Assembly (NCBI GenBank): GCA_030141605.1
Contig: JAQGDQ010000356.1
Span: 179,308-243,307, forward strand
DNA: 64,000 bases
Direction: 5' to 3'
Source: Tubiluchus corallicola
Taxonomy: Eukaryota > Animalia > Priapulida
Part shown: positions 13,777 to 26,712 of the stretch, piece by piece
Numbering within the stretch: the first letter of the stretch is position 1
Layout: each line of letters starts with the position of its first letter
Translations under genes and position numbers: made by a program
Notes under the pieces: generated by a model
Told to the model about the DNA's origin: nothing
Database searches by the model: none
Seen by the model: the letters and a program-made list of their open reading frames with translations, nothing else

Positions 13777-14491
13777 AGGACAAGTCCCTACTTACGTCAA
13801 GCTTAAAAAATCGTCTTGAAATTTTATACCACTCGCCTATGAACTAGGTTTCTTACCTATGTAACTGGTATAAAATTCAAGACGATTTTTTTAAATCGCA
13901 TACAGGGCTTGCGTCGCAGTAGCGCTGCATAAAATGTGTAAAAATTTAAAGTCCCGCGATGACCGTTAGGCGCAGCCGTTTTGACGATATGTCATCTGAA
14001 ACAAATTTACATAACATTGAGAAGTTTGAAATAATAATCAGAGCATTCGTAGCGCACACGTCATTAACTAAATAAAATTTTAAGTTACTGTATCTTGTTA
14101 ATAAGATTAAAAATATGTTTTTTGCTTAGTGAGTGCTGCACCCTAGAGGGTGAGTCAACGACATTTTACCAAATGGCACAAACATTTTAAATTATTATTT
14201 GTAGTTACATGTCTTTCCAGCAGGTAAGTAAAATGCTAAGTAATATAGATTTGCATGGAAAGTTTTTTGGAACATAAATTTAACATTTCCTTTTCTTCCC
14301 CTGATTTACGTTGTGCGTATATGACGTCATGTAATGGCGTGGTCAGAACAGTATTGAGGGAAATTTTAAGTGAAAGCAAACAAAAAATGCTTTCAACGCG
14401 AGTACGATATACACATAAAATCGCTGTAAAGTAATATAAATTTTCAAAATGATTTTTCTGAAACCTACTTCAGGTACCCCTTTCTCATCCT
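13777..14491 (+). mobile_element. Non-autonomous TTAA element, family C (Kolobok-type)
   Basis: TTAA|AGGACAAG ... CTCATCCT|TTAA; alignable to 56567-57209; fragments near 24290-24650, 32076-32350, 38850-39110 (inverted), 41150-41280, 49720-50100 and 54460-54600. Confidence 0.75.
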
Positions 14492-14706
14492 TTAAGCTTT
14501 AGTATCTCACATGGACAATGGAATTACGAAACTAACAATACCCCCGACTTCAGGTACCCCTTTTCTTGTCCTTTAACCCTTAGTATCTCACATGGACAAT
14601 GGAATTACGAAACTAACAACACCCCCGACTTCAGGCACCCCTTTTCTTGTCCTCTAAGCTCCAGTATTTCACATGGACAATGGAATTACGAAACTAACAA
14701 CACCCC
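14468..14706. repeat. About 81-bp tandem repeat, 3 copies, spanning the family C right end plus flank
   Basis: cttcaggtacccc...cctttaa...catggacaatggaattacgaaactaacaa...ccccga. Confidence 0.85.
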
Positions 14707-15119
14707 TGTCCTGTGAACTGCTATACGACCCACTGAGTGAAATACGTCCAGCCCTACAGCCTCAAACGAATAAACCTCACTACAAAGTCGATACTGCCTA
14801 AACAAATACACATCAAACATAACCACATAGCAAATGAGGCTAAATCATTGACCAGCTACGGCAGCATCATGGCTACTACAGTAAATTAGTTTAACCTACT
14901 GAGTATATTTGGTAATGGAACAGGGTGGTGATAGTAAATGTGACATGGTTAAAACATTAGTCTGACAGTAGCTCGTCTTGTGCCAGTGCGATCGCTAATC
15001 GATCAGATCTTAAATTAAAACGCGTGAAGGTAGATTTCAATCTGTGAAGAGGTCGTTGAAATAAAGTTTTAAAACGTTTTAATATGTAAATTACGATTAT
15101 GAATGCCGCTTGAGAAATA

Positions 15120-15339
15120 ACCATCATACAGTTATCGTCGTTGTCGTCGTCGTCGTCACCATCATCATCATCGTCGTCGTCATCACCAACACCATAATTC
15201 TTTAAATGCGAACTGTCAACGTCATCTTCATCGTCATCATCATCAGCAGCAGCAGCAGTAGCAGCAACAACATCATGACTGTCGTCATCATCATCATATT
15301 TCAAATGTGAACTATCGCCGTCACCTTCGTCATCATTGC

Positions 15340-15384
<45 letters not shown>

Positions 15385-15425
15385 ACTTTAAATGTGAACT
15401 ACCATCGTCATTGTCATCATTATCA
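15120..15425. repeat. (CAT/CGT)n trinucleotide microsatellite complex
   Basis: Imperfect CAT runs with a recurring ttaaatgtgaact motif. Confidence 0.9.
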
Positions 15426-16262
15426 ATATTATACTTCATATTAGGATAAAGTTAGTTGAATAATAAGGCATTAGTTTGTTGTGAAAAAATGATAGTGTAT
15501 TTAGAAATAATTTGCAAGTTTTGATGAAGGTGGACACTGAAAAAGTCAATAAAGAGCACAACTACTGATTAAACTAAGCTACTCTGTAGTAATTTTCGTT
15601 ATTATTTACCACATGCAAGCCATCTGGCATTAAATCAATGGGTTTTCTTTCCTATGTTTAACAGAAGAAGATTTGTGGAGACTGACTAACACTGCAGCAA
15701 AGATACGTTAGAAAATTTATTAAGCAAGAGTGGAAATAACATGACCTGGAGGACAGAAGCTAGTATGCCCTAGAAAACATCGTAGTGAAGGGCCCTAAGA
15801 AACACCCCAAAATGACCAGAAAATGGAATGTCATAAAATAATTTAGGTGGAATGAATTTACATTTTAATCAACGACCAAATTAGCTGTGTGATGAGTCAT
15901 CAAAGCTTCATCTACTTAACCAGAACTGCATCAAGTCGTTCCTAGAGCATCAGTTTTAACCTACATCACTAACCCACACTCCTCAAACTTGTTCAACAAA
16001 GATTCAAGCATCAATGATAAAAAATGAACTGCCAACTACAAGATACTAATCTATGAATGTTCAATGAACCATGGAAACTGATGCTGTTTTTACACTTTGT
16101 TACTGTAACGCAAACAAATTCCTTTGTTAGTTCACTAATTGTGCTAATATTCAAACTATTGATTATTTCTGAATCCTGGGGCTATATTTACACGACGAAT
16201 ACGCACTCACTAATGCACTAAGTTAAATGAACGTGTAACGAACCAGATTTTCTATCATTTAA

Positions 16263-16983
16263 AGGAAAAGACACGCCTTCTGAGAAATTAGGCTTATTCC
16301 AATGTTCGCGAAAATTTTTTAGAGAGATTTGGTAATAAAATTGCAATAAGCGCCTCGTGTAATTAGTAAAATCACTTTAAAGTAGCGATCACTTCATGCT
16401 TGGACGCTCCCATTTTCAACGCCCATTCTTCTTCCAATGACGTCATTCGTCTTGAAGAAAAGTAGCGCTGTCAATCTTCATTAAAAGTATAATAAGTTTT
16501 TACAAAAAATTAGATAGTTAGTTATGTAATATTTTTGCATGAACATTAGGTAAGCTGCAGAAGTTTGAATTAGTTTGAGCAGTGCGCGCTCACGGAAAGC
16601 CACGAAGCGCTTACGAAAAGTCACGAAGTCTCCCAGTTACGTCACGAAGTCTTCCAGTTACGTCATGATTTTTAAACAAATGGCAGCAACCACCACGCCT
16701 GAAAATTTCTATTCAGAGGAAGTATATTTTAAATTTATGCTTTATAGGCAGTTCTTTGCAAATTTCTTTGTTATATTTTTCTAAGTTTAAGTGATAACAG
16801 TAAAATAAACCCAACATACTGAGTGACTTGTTCTTTCCTTTACCACACCACAAACAGTTTAAGTGATAACAGTAAAATAAACCCAACATACTGAGTGACT
16901 TGTTCTTTCCTTTACCACACCACAAACAGTTTAAGTGATAACAGTAAAATAAACCCAACATACTGAGTGACTTGTTCTTTCCT
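16263..16983 (+). mobile_element. Family A copy 2, with right end triplicated (72-bp unit)
   Basis: TTAA|AGGAAAAG start; body matches copy 1; terminus repeated three times, separated by taccacaccacaaac; an inverted partial copy follows at about 16990-17162. Confidence 0.8.
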
Positions 16984-17406
16984 TAACCATGTTGGGTTTA
17001 TTTTAATCACTTAAACTTAGAAAAATATAACAAAGAAATTTGCAAAAAATTGTCTGTAAAGTTTCATTCATACTACTGCTCTACAAACCTTCAAGCGTGC
17101 TAGTAGTGACTTATTCACTTGAAACTTGTGACGCAAGTCATTTAAGTGAGTTGATCTTTCCTTTAATGTATAATTTTAAATGTTATATTGCAAGAATTTC
17201 TGCCTGTTTCCTATTTAAGTTGCAAGACGAGATTATGTTTGAATTCCATGGGCACTTGTTGTGAAGAATGGTTTGCAAGCTAAACGTGATGGAAGAAAGG
17301 TCACGTAACTTCTCGATTTATCAAGAAGATAAATTGATTTGACACTCTGGTCACAGTGAGTGAATTTAAATATCGTTTTTAAATGTGCAGAGTGAACACA
17401 ACCGAC

Positions 17407-17638
<232 letters not shown>

Positions 17639-18018
17639 GCATCCAATTTTTGTAAATTTTGTTTTGTGAAGGATTAAGTCAAAGAACTTGCCCTTGCAGG
17701 TTGTTTCATTTCTGGGGTCAAATAGCACAGTGGCCTTGAGCAAAGTCAAACTTGTGAGTAAACTATGCGAACAATAAATACTGAAAACGTAATAGAGAAG
17801 CCAGTCTGCACGGCTGACTGTGGCTACGATAATGACCACAAGGACCTCAAACACAGTACACATGGCTAAAAAATCATGACCGCAGTCACAACATACACGT
17901 ATGAGCAACGAATACTGATAACGTAATTGAGAAGCCATGCCGTATGGTGACTGTGGCTACAATATTGATCAAATGCTAGGTTATAAATTCCCATTCCACG
18001 AATAATAAAGGGAATTTT

Positions 18019-18820
18019 CACAGGTGAGAGTATCTACCTGGCGTACAGCTCAGCGTCCGATCACAGGTGAGAATGTCTACCTGGCGTACAGCTCAGCACC
18101 TGATCACAGGTGAGAATGTCTACCTGGCGTACAGCTCAGCGTCCGATCACAGGTGAGAATGTCTACCTAACGTACAGCTCAGCATCTGATCACAGGTGAG
18201 AATGTCTACCTGGCGTACAGCTCAGCGTCTGATCACAGGTGAGAATGTCTACCTGTCATACAGCTCAGCATCTGATCAGAGGTGAGAATGTCTACCTGGC
18301 GTACAGCTCAGCACCTGATCACAGGTGAGAATGTCTACCTGACGTATAACTCAGCATCTGATCACAGGTGAGAATGTCTACCTGGCGTACATCTCAGCGT
18401 CTGATCACAGGTGAAAATGACTACCTGGCGTACAGCTCAGCGTCTGATCACAGGTGGGAATGTCTACCTGACGTATAACTCAGCGTCTGATCACAGGTGG
18501 GAAAGTCTACCTGACGTATAACTCAGCATCTGATCACAGGTGAGAATGTCTACCCGACGTATAACTCAGCATCTGATCACAGGTGAGAATGTCTACCTGG
18601 CGTACAGCTCAGCGTCTGATCACAGGTGAGAATGTCTACCTGGCGTACAGCTCAGCGTCTGATCACAGGTGAGAATGTCTACCTGGCGTACAGCTCAGCA
18701 TCTGATCACAGGTGAGAATGTCTACCTGACGTACAGCTCAGCACCTGATCACAGGTGAGAATGTCTACCTGGCGTACAGCTCAGCATCTGATCACAGGTG
18801 AGAATGTCTACCTGACACGA
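18019..18820. repeat. 43-bp minisatellite, about 19 copies
   Basis: Unit tcacaggtgagaatgtctacctggcgtacagctcagcgtctga. Confidence 0.95.
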
Positions 18821-19659
18821 ATCTCGGCAACTGATAACACACTTGCTAATAATACTTATGGGTTTGTGAGCAAAGCTGCATTACGATTTTAAGACGACAA
18901 TGACGATGTGTCGTGCACAGCTGACGAAGCTGAGTGCAGAGAAAAAGTCATAAAAAGCCAGCCAGCATCACAGCAATGTACTCAGAGTAAACCACAGTGC
19001 TCAGAGTAAACCACAGTGATTATTTTTACTCGCCATAAATGCGCCTTATTTGAAAGCAGCAAAGCAGAAGTGAGTGGACAAATAAATTCACATCTAATAT
19101 GATGATTATTGGTGAAATAATATGAAATATAAAAAGCTAATTACTGGACAAATAAAATTATATCTAAAATTATGATTATTGTGTAAATGAAGTTAAATAT
19201 AAAACGATGATTATGGGACAAATAAAACTATATCTAAAAATACGATTACTGGACAAATAACGTTAAATAAAATTCTACAGCAAGGCAAATAACTTACAAA
19301 AAATCAATAATTTCTTTATCAGAAAACAAAGTGGTACATTTTGAAATTTTGCACGTACAGTACTGCAGGAAAATTAGCACTAAAATACAAAGAACTGAGC
19401 GAAACCGATCAGCTCAAATATGTAGAACTCTTCTATGACATTTTTTTCATGTTTTGACACCAGATGTCTCTTCGGGAAACAGGAATAGAGTTTTAAAAAT
19501 TTACAAGCAGCAGATTTCACTGTAAGAGAAATTTGAGCATCGCAGCGGTTCACGTTAATGTGTTTGTTTAACATTCTTGAAATGATTTAAACTTCATCAA
19601 TACGAAACTACCGCCCAGTCAGCAGCGAATCCATAATAAAAACTTTGAAATGTTGATAT

Positions 19660-20690
19660 ACTCTACAGCATGTACAATATTGCTTCAACCGTAGCATGGG
19701 CATTGATCTACAGAATGCACATGTTTCAACCATAGCATGAGCATTGATCTACAGAATGTATATGATTGAACAGTAGCATGAGCATTGATCTACAGCATGT
19801 ACAACATTGCTTCAACCGTAGCATGAGCATTGATCTACAGAATGTACAACATTGCTTCAACCGTAGCATGAGCATTGATCTTCAGCATGTGCATTCATCA
19901 ACAGTAGCATAAGCATTGATCTACAGAGTGTACATTATTCAACCGTAGCATGAGCATTGATCTACAGAATGTACATGCTTCAACCGTAGGATGAGCATTG
20001 ATCTACAGAATGTACCTGATTGAACAGTAGCATGAGCATTGATCTACAGAATGTACATGATAGCACATGCACTGATCTTCAGAATGCACATGCTTCAATA
20101 GTAGCATGAGCATTGATCTACAGAATGTACATGATTCAACCATAGCATATGCACTGATCTACAGAATGTACATGCTTCAACTTTGACATGAGCATTGATC
20201 TACAGAATGTACATGATCCAACAGCAGCATGAGCATTGATCTACAGAATGTACATGCTTCAACTTTGACATGAGCATTGATCTACAGCTTGTACATGCTT
20301 CTAGAATAGCATAAGCATTGATCTACAGCCTATACATGTTTTAACAGTAGCATGTGCATTGATCTACAGCCAATACATGGTTTAACAGTAGCATGTGCAT
20401 TAATCTGCAGCCTATACATGCTTTAACAGTGGTATGTGCATTGATCTACAGCTTGTACATGCTTCAACACTGACATAAGCATTGATCTACAGAATGTACA
20501 TGCTTCAATAGTAGCATGAGCATTGATCTACAGAATGTACATGATTCAACAGCGACATGAGCATCGATCTATAGAATGTACATGCTTCAACAGTAGCATG
20601 AGCATTGATCTACAGCTTGTACAAGCTTCAGCATTGACATGAGCATTGATCTACAGAATGTACATGATTCAACAGTAGCATGATCATTGA
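19660..20690. repeat. About 41-bp diverged minisatellite, about 25 copies
   Basis: Unit tagcatgagcattgatctacagaatgtacatgcttcaacag. Confidence 0.9.
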
Positions 20691-20892
20691 TTCACAACTT
20701 AACACAAGCTTAATAACTTTAATATACGGATCTGATTTGCTCCCAATTCGTCTCACGATGCCCAACGCAGTTGAACCAACTGTGGTTGTAAGTCGACAAT
20801 AACCTACACATACCTCTCTATGCTTTGATTCTAGTTTAAATATACGTATTCCAAGCATGTATTACAAACCTAAAACGATTTCTATTACTTAC

Positions 20893-20967
20893 CGGTGGTA
20901 GTTCAGTAAGATCATTACAGTCCAGCCACAATTCCATAAGACTTGGCAACGATCCAATTTCTGGCGG
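20893..20967 (-). CDS. scrib: Scribble coding exon 6 (LRR)
   Basis: tatttgcag acceptor; PPEIGSLPSLMELWLDCNDLTELPP; 75 nt; GTAAGT donor. Confidence 0.95.
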
Positions 20968-21159
20968 CTGCAAATAAGGTATAAATTTAGGATGTGGTCA
21001 ATAAATTCTGATTAATATCTGGGTAATGTTTGCCAGAGTCACAGATACCTCATAGCTTAAAGCTTATTGCTTTTTATAGGCCTGTGTGAATAACCAATTT
21101 AGGTAGTCGTGATAATTAATTATACTGTGCTAGGCAGCTAATAAATGTAACACATTTAA

Positions 21160-21714
21160 AGGCAAACCGGACAATTGTGTAGACATCAGTTGAAAATAAG
21201 AGGTATGTTCTGAAATGCTGAAAACTACAACAGCTTTGTTTAAATCAAAGCTTAGATTAAATAATAATTGCCTAAGATAGCTAAATTTTCTTAAACTTTC
21301 AAAGCTACGAGCGGTTCAGCGAATCCACTAGACTGGCAATGATGCCTTTTTGTTACATTCGTGTGGCCAACAAATAGGCATGGTGCCGTAATAAGCACGA
21401 TCATGAACTGCACGTCTGTGACGTCAGTGTGATGTAGAGTTCACTTTCCTGACATCACACCTTATAGCAATCTTGCTTACGCAAACATGTTTGACGCACG
21501 GGAAAGATGCTTACCATTGCATAAACTGTAGTTACTTTGTGATGTAAGTGAGCTGTACTCAGTTGCCGTTAATTAACATTTCAAGTTAATTATTCAAATG
21601 TTAGAAACAATTGCTAACTTTTATAGGTAAGAAAACGTATAATTTGGACAGTAGACAAGTATTGAAGTAGTGTAGTATCAAAATGGAGCGTCTAATCAAC
21701 TGTCTGATTTTCCT
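21160..21714. mobile_element. Putative TTAA element (Kolobok-type), family E
   Basis: TTAA|AGGCAAACCGGACA ... TGTCTGATTTTCCT|TTAA (11/14 TIR match). Confidence 0.55.
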
Positions 21715-21944
21715 TTAAAGTAATTTTAGTACAGCGAGGCTTTTAAGCAATGTCATATGCAACTTAATTGAATTTTAATGAGATAATTCTAAACAAAAAC
21801 GTGTTATATTACAATATAATAAACAATATAATATACAATATAATCGTTATTAAATTATCTTAGTGGAAAGAGAAGTACTGATCCTTGGTGTCGTTTAATA
21901 AGTATACAGTATCTTCGCAAAAGAGAGTTTTCTGGAGTGATGAC

Positions 21945-22311
21945 TAGGGTGAGCATTCTCTACCACAAAACAAATTCGAATTGAATCGAATTTTTGACTT
22001 CTGAATTCGAATCAAACCGAAATGAGTTTGAAAGATTTTCGAACAAGTTTTCGAACCACCAGTAAAAAGTGATTTTTCAAAGATTATGCATATTGCCCGA
22101 TTTTGTTCTGCACTAAAACCGTTATTAGTTCGTCAAAAATTTTGCACAGAAACTCCAGCTAAATTGCGCTAATTGCATGGTGTTTCAAGCGTTTTAATGA
22201 TAAAGAACGTATGTGGTTAAAGTGCTGAACAATTCCTATCTATAGTTTTAGGTTCGAATCAAATTCAAACTAAAAAACTCATTTGAATCGAATGTTCGAT
22301 GCTCACCTCTA
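21945..22311. mobile_element. hAT-type MITE
   Basis: TIR TAGGGTGAGCAT / ATGCTCACCTCTA; subterminal TTCGAA/TCGAAT repeats; 8-bp TSD gtgatgac / gtggtgac (1 mismatch). Confidence 0.75.
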
Positions 22312-22319
22312 GTGGTGAC

Positions 22320-23800
22320 ACAGAGTGTGACCAACACAAGCTGCAACACACAGAGTGTGGCCAACACAAGCTGCAACACACAGAGTGTGACCAACACAAG
22401 CTGAAACACACAGAGTGTTGCCGACACAAGCTGCAACACACAGAGTGTGACCAGTGTGACCAACATAAGCTGCAACACACAGAGTGTGACCAACACAAGC
22501 TGCAACACACAGAGTGTGACAAACACAAGCTGCAACACACAGAGTGTGACCAACACAAGCTGCAACACACAGAGTGTGGCCAACACAAGCTGCAACACAC
22601 AGAGTGTGGCCAACACAAGCTGCAACACACAGAGTGTGGCCAACACAAGCTGCAACACACAGAGTGTGACCAACACAAGCTGCAACACACAGAGTGTGAC
22701 CAACACAAGCTGCAACACACAGAGTGTGACCAACACAAGCTGCAACACACAGAGTGTGACCAACACAAGCTGCAACACACAGAGTGTGACCAACACAAGC
22801 TGCAACACACAGAGTGTGACACAACACAAGCTACAGCACACAGTGTGTGGCCAACACAAGCTGCAACACACAGTGTGTGGCCAACACAAGCTGCAACACA
22901 CAGAGTGTGACCAACACAAGCTGCAACACACAGAGTGTGACCAACACAAGCTGCAACACACAGAGTGTGACACAACACAAGCTACAGCACACAGTGTGTG
23001 GCCAACACAAGCTGCAACACACAGAGTGCGGCCAACACAAGCTGCAACACACAGAGTGTGACCAACACAAGCTGCAACACACAGAGTGTGACCAACACAA
23101 GCTGCAACACAGAGTGTGACCAACATAAGCTACAACACACAGTGTGTGGCCAACACAAGCTGCAACACACAGAGTGTGACCAACATAAGCTACAACACAC
23201 AATGTGTGGCCAACACAAGCTGCAACATACAGAGTGTGACACAACACAAGCTACAACACACAGTGTGTGACCAACACAAGCTGCAACATACAGAGTGTGA
23301 CACAACACAAGCTACAACACATAGAGTGTGGCCAACACAAGCTGCAACACACAGAGTGTGACCAACACAAGCTGCAACACACAGAGTGTGACCAACACAA
23401 GCTGCAACACACAGAGTGTGACCAACACAAGCTGCAACACAGAGTGTGACCAACATAAGCTACAACACACAGTGTGTGGCCAACACAAGCTGCAACACAC
23501 AGAGTGTGACCAACATAAGCTACAACACACAATGTGTGGCCAACACAAGCTGCAACATACAGAGTGTGACACAACACAAGCTACAACACACAGTGTGTGA
23601 CCAACACAAGCTGCAACATACAGAGTGTGACACAACACAAGCTACAACACATAGAGTGTGGCCAACACAAGCTGCAACACACAGAGTGTGACCAACACAA
23701 GCTGCAACACACAGAGTGTGACCAACACAAGCTGCAACACACAGAGTGTGACCAACACAAGCTGCAACACACAGAGTGTGGCTAACACAAGCTGCAACAC
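22320..23800. repeat. 30-bp minisatellite, about 49 copies, with a 330-bp higher-order duplication
   Basis: Unit acacagagtgtgaccaacacaagctgcaac; variant pattern recurs at +330 bp. Confidence 0.95.
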
Positions 23801-23895
23801 TATTAAAACAATCAACAGTGCATGTTTCTGTACACAAAACAGTGGCCTGGTCTTAAAACCATCAAATCTATAACAAAACTGTGAATATTTCTTAC

Positions 23896-24016
23896 CAACT
23901 CTTCAATTTCATTATTGCCCATATCAAGACTTCCCAGTTTCTTGAGCTGTGCTATTGAAGTGGGAGCAGACTTGAGTAAATTCTCTCTCAATTCCACTGC
24001 TACCAAATTACACAGG
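23896..24016 (-). CDS. scrib: Scribble coding exon 5 (LRR)
   Basis: ttcttttctag acceptor; LCNLVAVELRENLLKSAPTSIAQLKKLGSLDMGNNEIEEL; 121 nt; GTAAGA donor. Confidence 0.95.
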
Positions 24017-24959
24017 CTAGAAAAGAAACGTTGCTTATTACTGGTTTACCAAGTTTAGAATACAAGAGAATCCCTTACTTACATGCAGCTAAAAGAACTC
24101 GTTTCGAAATTTCATATAACCTCACAGACCTTGTACATATGCTGTGTGTTGTGTATATAATGCATTAAAACTGCACGTAACAGTAATGTGAAGTGATCGT
24201 TAAGAAAGAAAAGCGAAACGACTTGAATTGAATCAGCAGTAACGCTGCACAAAACTTGTACATTTAAACTGATGCTACGACTGTTAGATGCAGCCATTTT
24301 GACGGTAGGTTCTTTGAAACTAGTTTAAATAACATTGCATAAATTCTGAAGAAAAAGATCAGAACATTCACATAGCACAAACTTCGGTCAACAAATAAAG
24401 ATATAAATTACTTTATATCATGGACAAGATAAAAGATACGCTTTTTGGTGAATCGGTGGTGCACGCTGGGAAGGTGAGTCAGTGGTGCATGCTGGGAAGG
24501 TGAGTCAGTGACATTCTACCCGTTGGCGCAAATGTTTTAAATTTCTAAGAATTTTGTTTTCTAATTACGTAAGTCTTTCAGACATGCTAAGTAATATAAC
24601 TTCGTGTGGATTTTTTTTGGCACATAGTTTAAAATTAGCTTTTCTCCATAAGTGAACAGAACAGATGATCTAATTATATACTACGTTTGACATTTTTCCC
24701 CGGGTTCTTATCTGTGGAATTCTCTACCAAAACATATTTTCCTAAAAACCACAATGTCATTCAACCCAACAACATCAATAGATACCGTCCATCACAAGCA
24801 AATTAGTTAAATGAATTCTATTCAGACATGTTTTATTATCATCACATTTTACTGTAACCCTTTACACCTTGACTGACCATTACAGTAACCCTTTGCTTGG
24901 GAAGACAAGTATTTATAAGAGAAATATGTGTAAAAATTTATTGCATCTGCAATAAACAA

Positions 24960-25343
24960 GTTCACAGTTTCGTTGTTCACACGCACAGTTGCTGTAGGTC
25001 AAAGGTTAAGCGTACCACAGCAACGCATCTTAACTACAACAGTTACGTGACATGTGGATAAGGCGAAGTCGTCTGCCACAGCAGTTCAGTAATTTCGGTT
25101 GTTTTGCGTTAACTTTACTTAATTAGGCATTAATCTGTGCGTAGATTGATTTAATAGCAGGATCTTGCTTGAGAACTAGAAAAAATGAACTAGGTAAGGT
25201 TCTAGCTAGCTGTTAAGACAGTGTTACTATTACAATAACAAGGGCTGTGAGGCTTTGTCAAGTGTACACAATGAGCTGTCTGGTACACTTAATCTTTGAC
25301 CTTTTTGCGATCATCATCAACCGCTGTAACTGTGAAAAAGCCT
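24960..25343 (+). mobile_element. MITE family B copy 2
   Basis: Colinear with 299-685. Confidence 0.75.
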
Positions 25344-26180
25344 TACCGGCCTAATGTTGCATAGCATAGTGTAATCTCGGTGCCCAGCAGAACACAATTA
25401 ACTTCAAAGATGAATAAAACTAATTACATTCCACGGTGATAAACAATTAAAGAAGATGAGCTAAACGTTATTTACAGGCCGGGATGTTTCACGGTAGAAT
25501 CTAACACCTGGCAGCCAGTCTTAGACGAGAAAACTCAGCAAAACGATTAAATCTAACACCTTGCAGCCAGTCTTAGAAGAGAAAACTCAGCAAAACGATT
25601 AAGAAAATCTTCGGGGAGAAAATGGAAGTGGTGCTGAAACGAGCGACTAGAGACGGGAAACAGAAAACAAGGTAATTACGTCACCGTAACCTTTAACGCT
25701 TGATTACAAGTGATTGAGTACTCGTGTCTGCCGTCAGATGTGAAAGCAAACTGTGAAATCTTGACTTTCCACTGATTGGCGAGTTTCAAGTTTCAACATT
25801 TTATTCTCTTCAAAAGGATAAGTACTCATGCGAGTGAAATCGAAATATGGTTCAACTGACATTGAAATGTTCAATAAACATTACTTATTCACAATGTGCA
25901 AACATTATACTAGCCGTTCCGTACTGCCTGCCACAATAAAACGATCACCCACATAACTCACAAGTGAATGGTTGTGGCAGTATCGGGATCTAGCCGATTA
26001 TCCTTTATCCTATACCTGCCACAGCGTGTCTACTGTCTAGTCCCAATTATCAGATTAGTTAAGAACCGTCTTTGCCATAGTCACAGATAGATACAACCAA
26101 TACATCCCCACCTCTTGAAAGCAGAGATAGCCAGGGATACTACAGTAGAGGTAGCCATGTAGAAAAAGTTTTTTGCAGGC

Positions 26181-26505
26181 GGTCACTAATCCATTTCCTG
26201 AACAGGTCTAACACTGACTGTACAGCTTAACTTCGTGGCTAAGCACACAGGTAAAGCATCACGGTCACTAATCCATTTCCTGGACAACTCTAACAATGAC
26301 TGTACAGCCCAACTTCGTGGCTAAGCACACAGGCAGAGCATAAGAGTCACTAATCCATTTACTGGACAAGTCTAACAATGACTGTACAGCTTAGCTTTGT
26401 GGCTAAGCAGACAAGCAGAGCATCCGGTCACTAATCCATTTACTGGACAAGTCTAACAATGACTGTACAGCTTAACTTTGTGGCTAAACACACAGGCCTA
26501 GCATC
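26181..26505. repeat. About 81-bp tandem repeat, 4 copies
   Basis: ggtcactaatccattt...gactgtacagcttaacttcgtggctaagcacacagg. Confidence 0.9.
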
Positions 26506-26594
26506 AGAGTGTATTATTCTGTGTAATTGCAAACAACATACTTTCAATTTGCGTGTGATAGAATCTGGCTACATGCTATATGATAAGACTAATT

Positions 26595-26712
26595 CCATAC
26601 AGCCAAATCACCGAAAACACCGGTTCTCGTCTGATCACCGAAGTTAAGGAACGTAGAGTCCGGTTAGTACTTGGATGGGTGACCGCCTAGGAATACCAGA
26701 TGCTGTAGACTT
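26595..26712 (+). pseudogene. 5S rRNA-derived sequence (head of a SINE3-like element)
   Basis: GAAAACACCGGTTCTCGTCTGATCACCGAAGTTAAGGAACGTAGAGTCCGGTTAGTACTTGGATGGGTGACCGCCTAGGAATACCAGATGCTGTAGACTT is near full-length invertebrate 5S with box A/IE/box C; 5' end decayed; no oligo-T terminator. Confidence 0.85.

Noticed and set aside
14957-15439. Asp-rich ORF resembling an acidic biomineralisation protein
   Set aside because: Explained by a (GAT)n microsatellite in an intron; no signal peptide or exon evidence
15515-15555. TTGATGA...GAAAAAGTC hammerhead-like string
   Set aside because: Stems I and III do not pair and there is no second copy
22248-23873. Cys/His-rich ORFs resembling metallothionein or zinc fingers
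   Set aside because: Products of the 30-bp minisatellite in many frames
26595-26712. Functional 5S rRNA gene
   Set aside because: 5' helix I is decayed, there is no oligo-T terminator, it is a single copy, and it is fused to retroelement-like sequence
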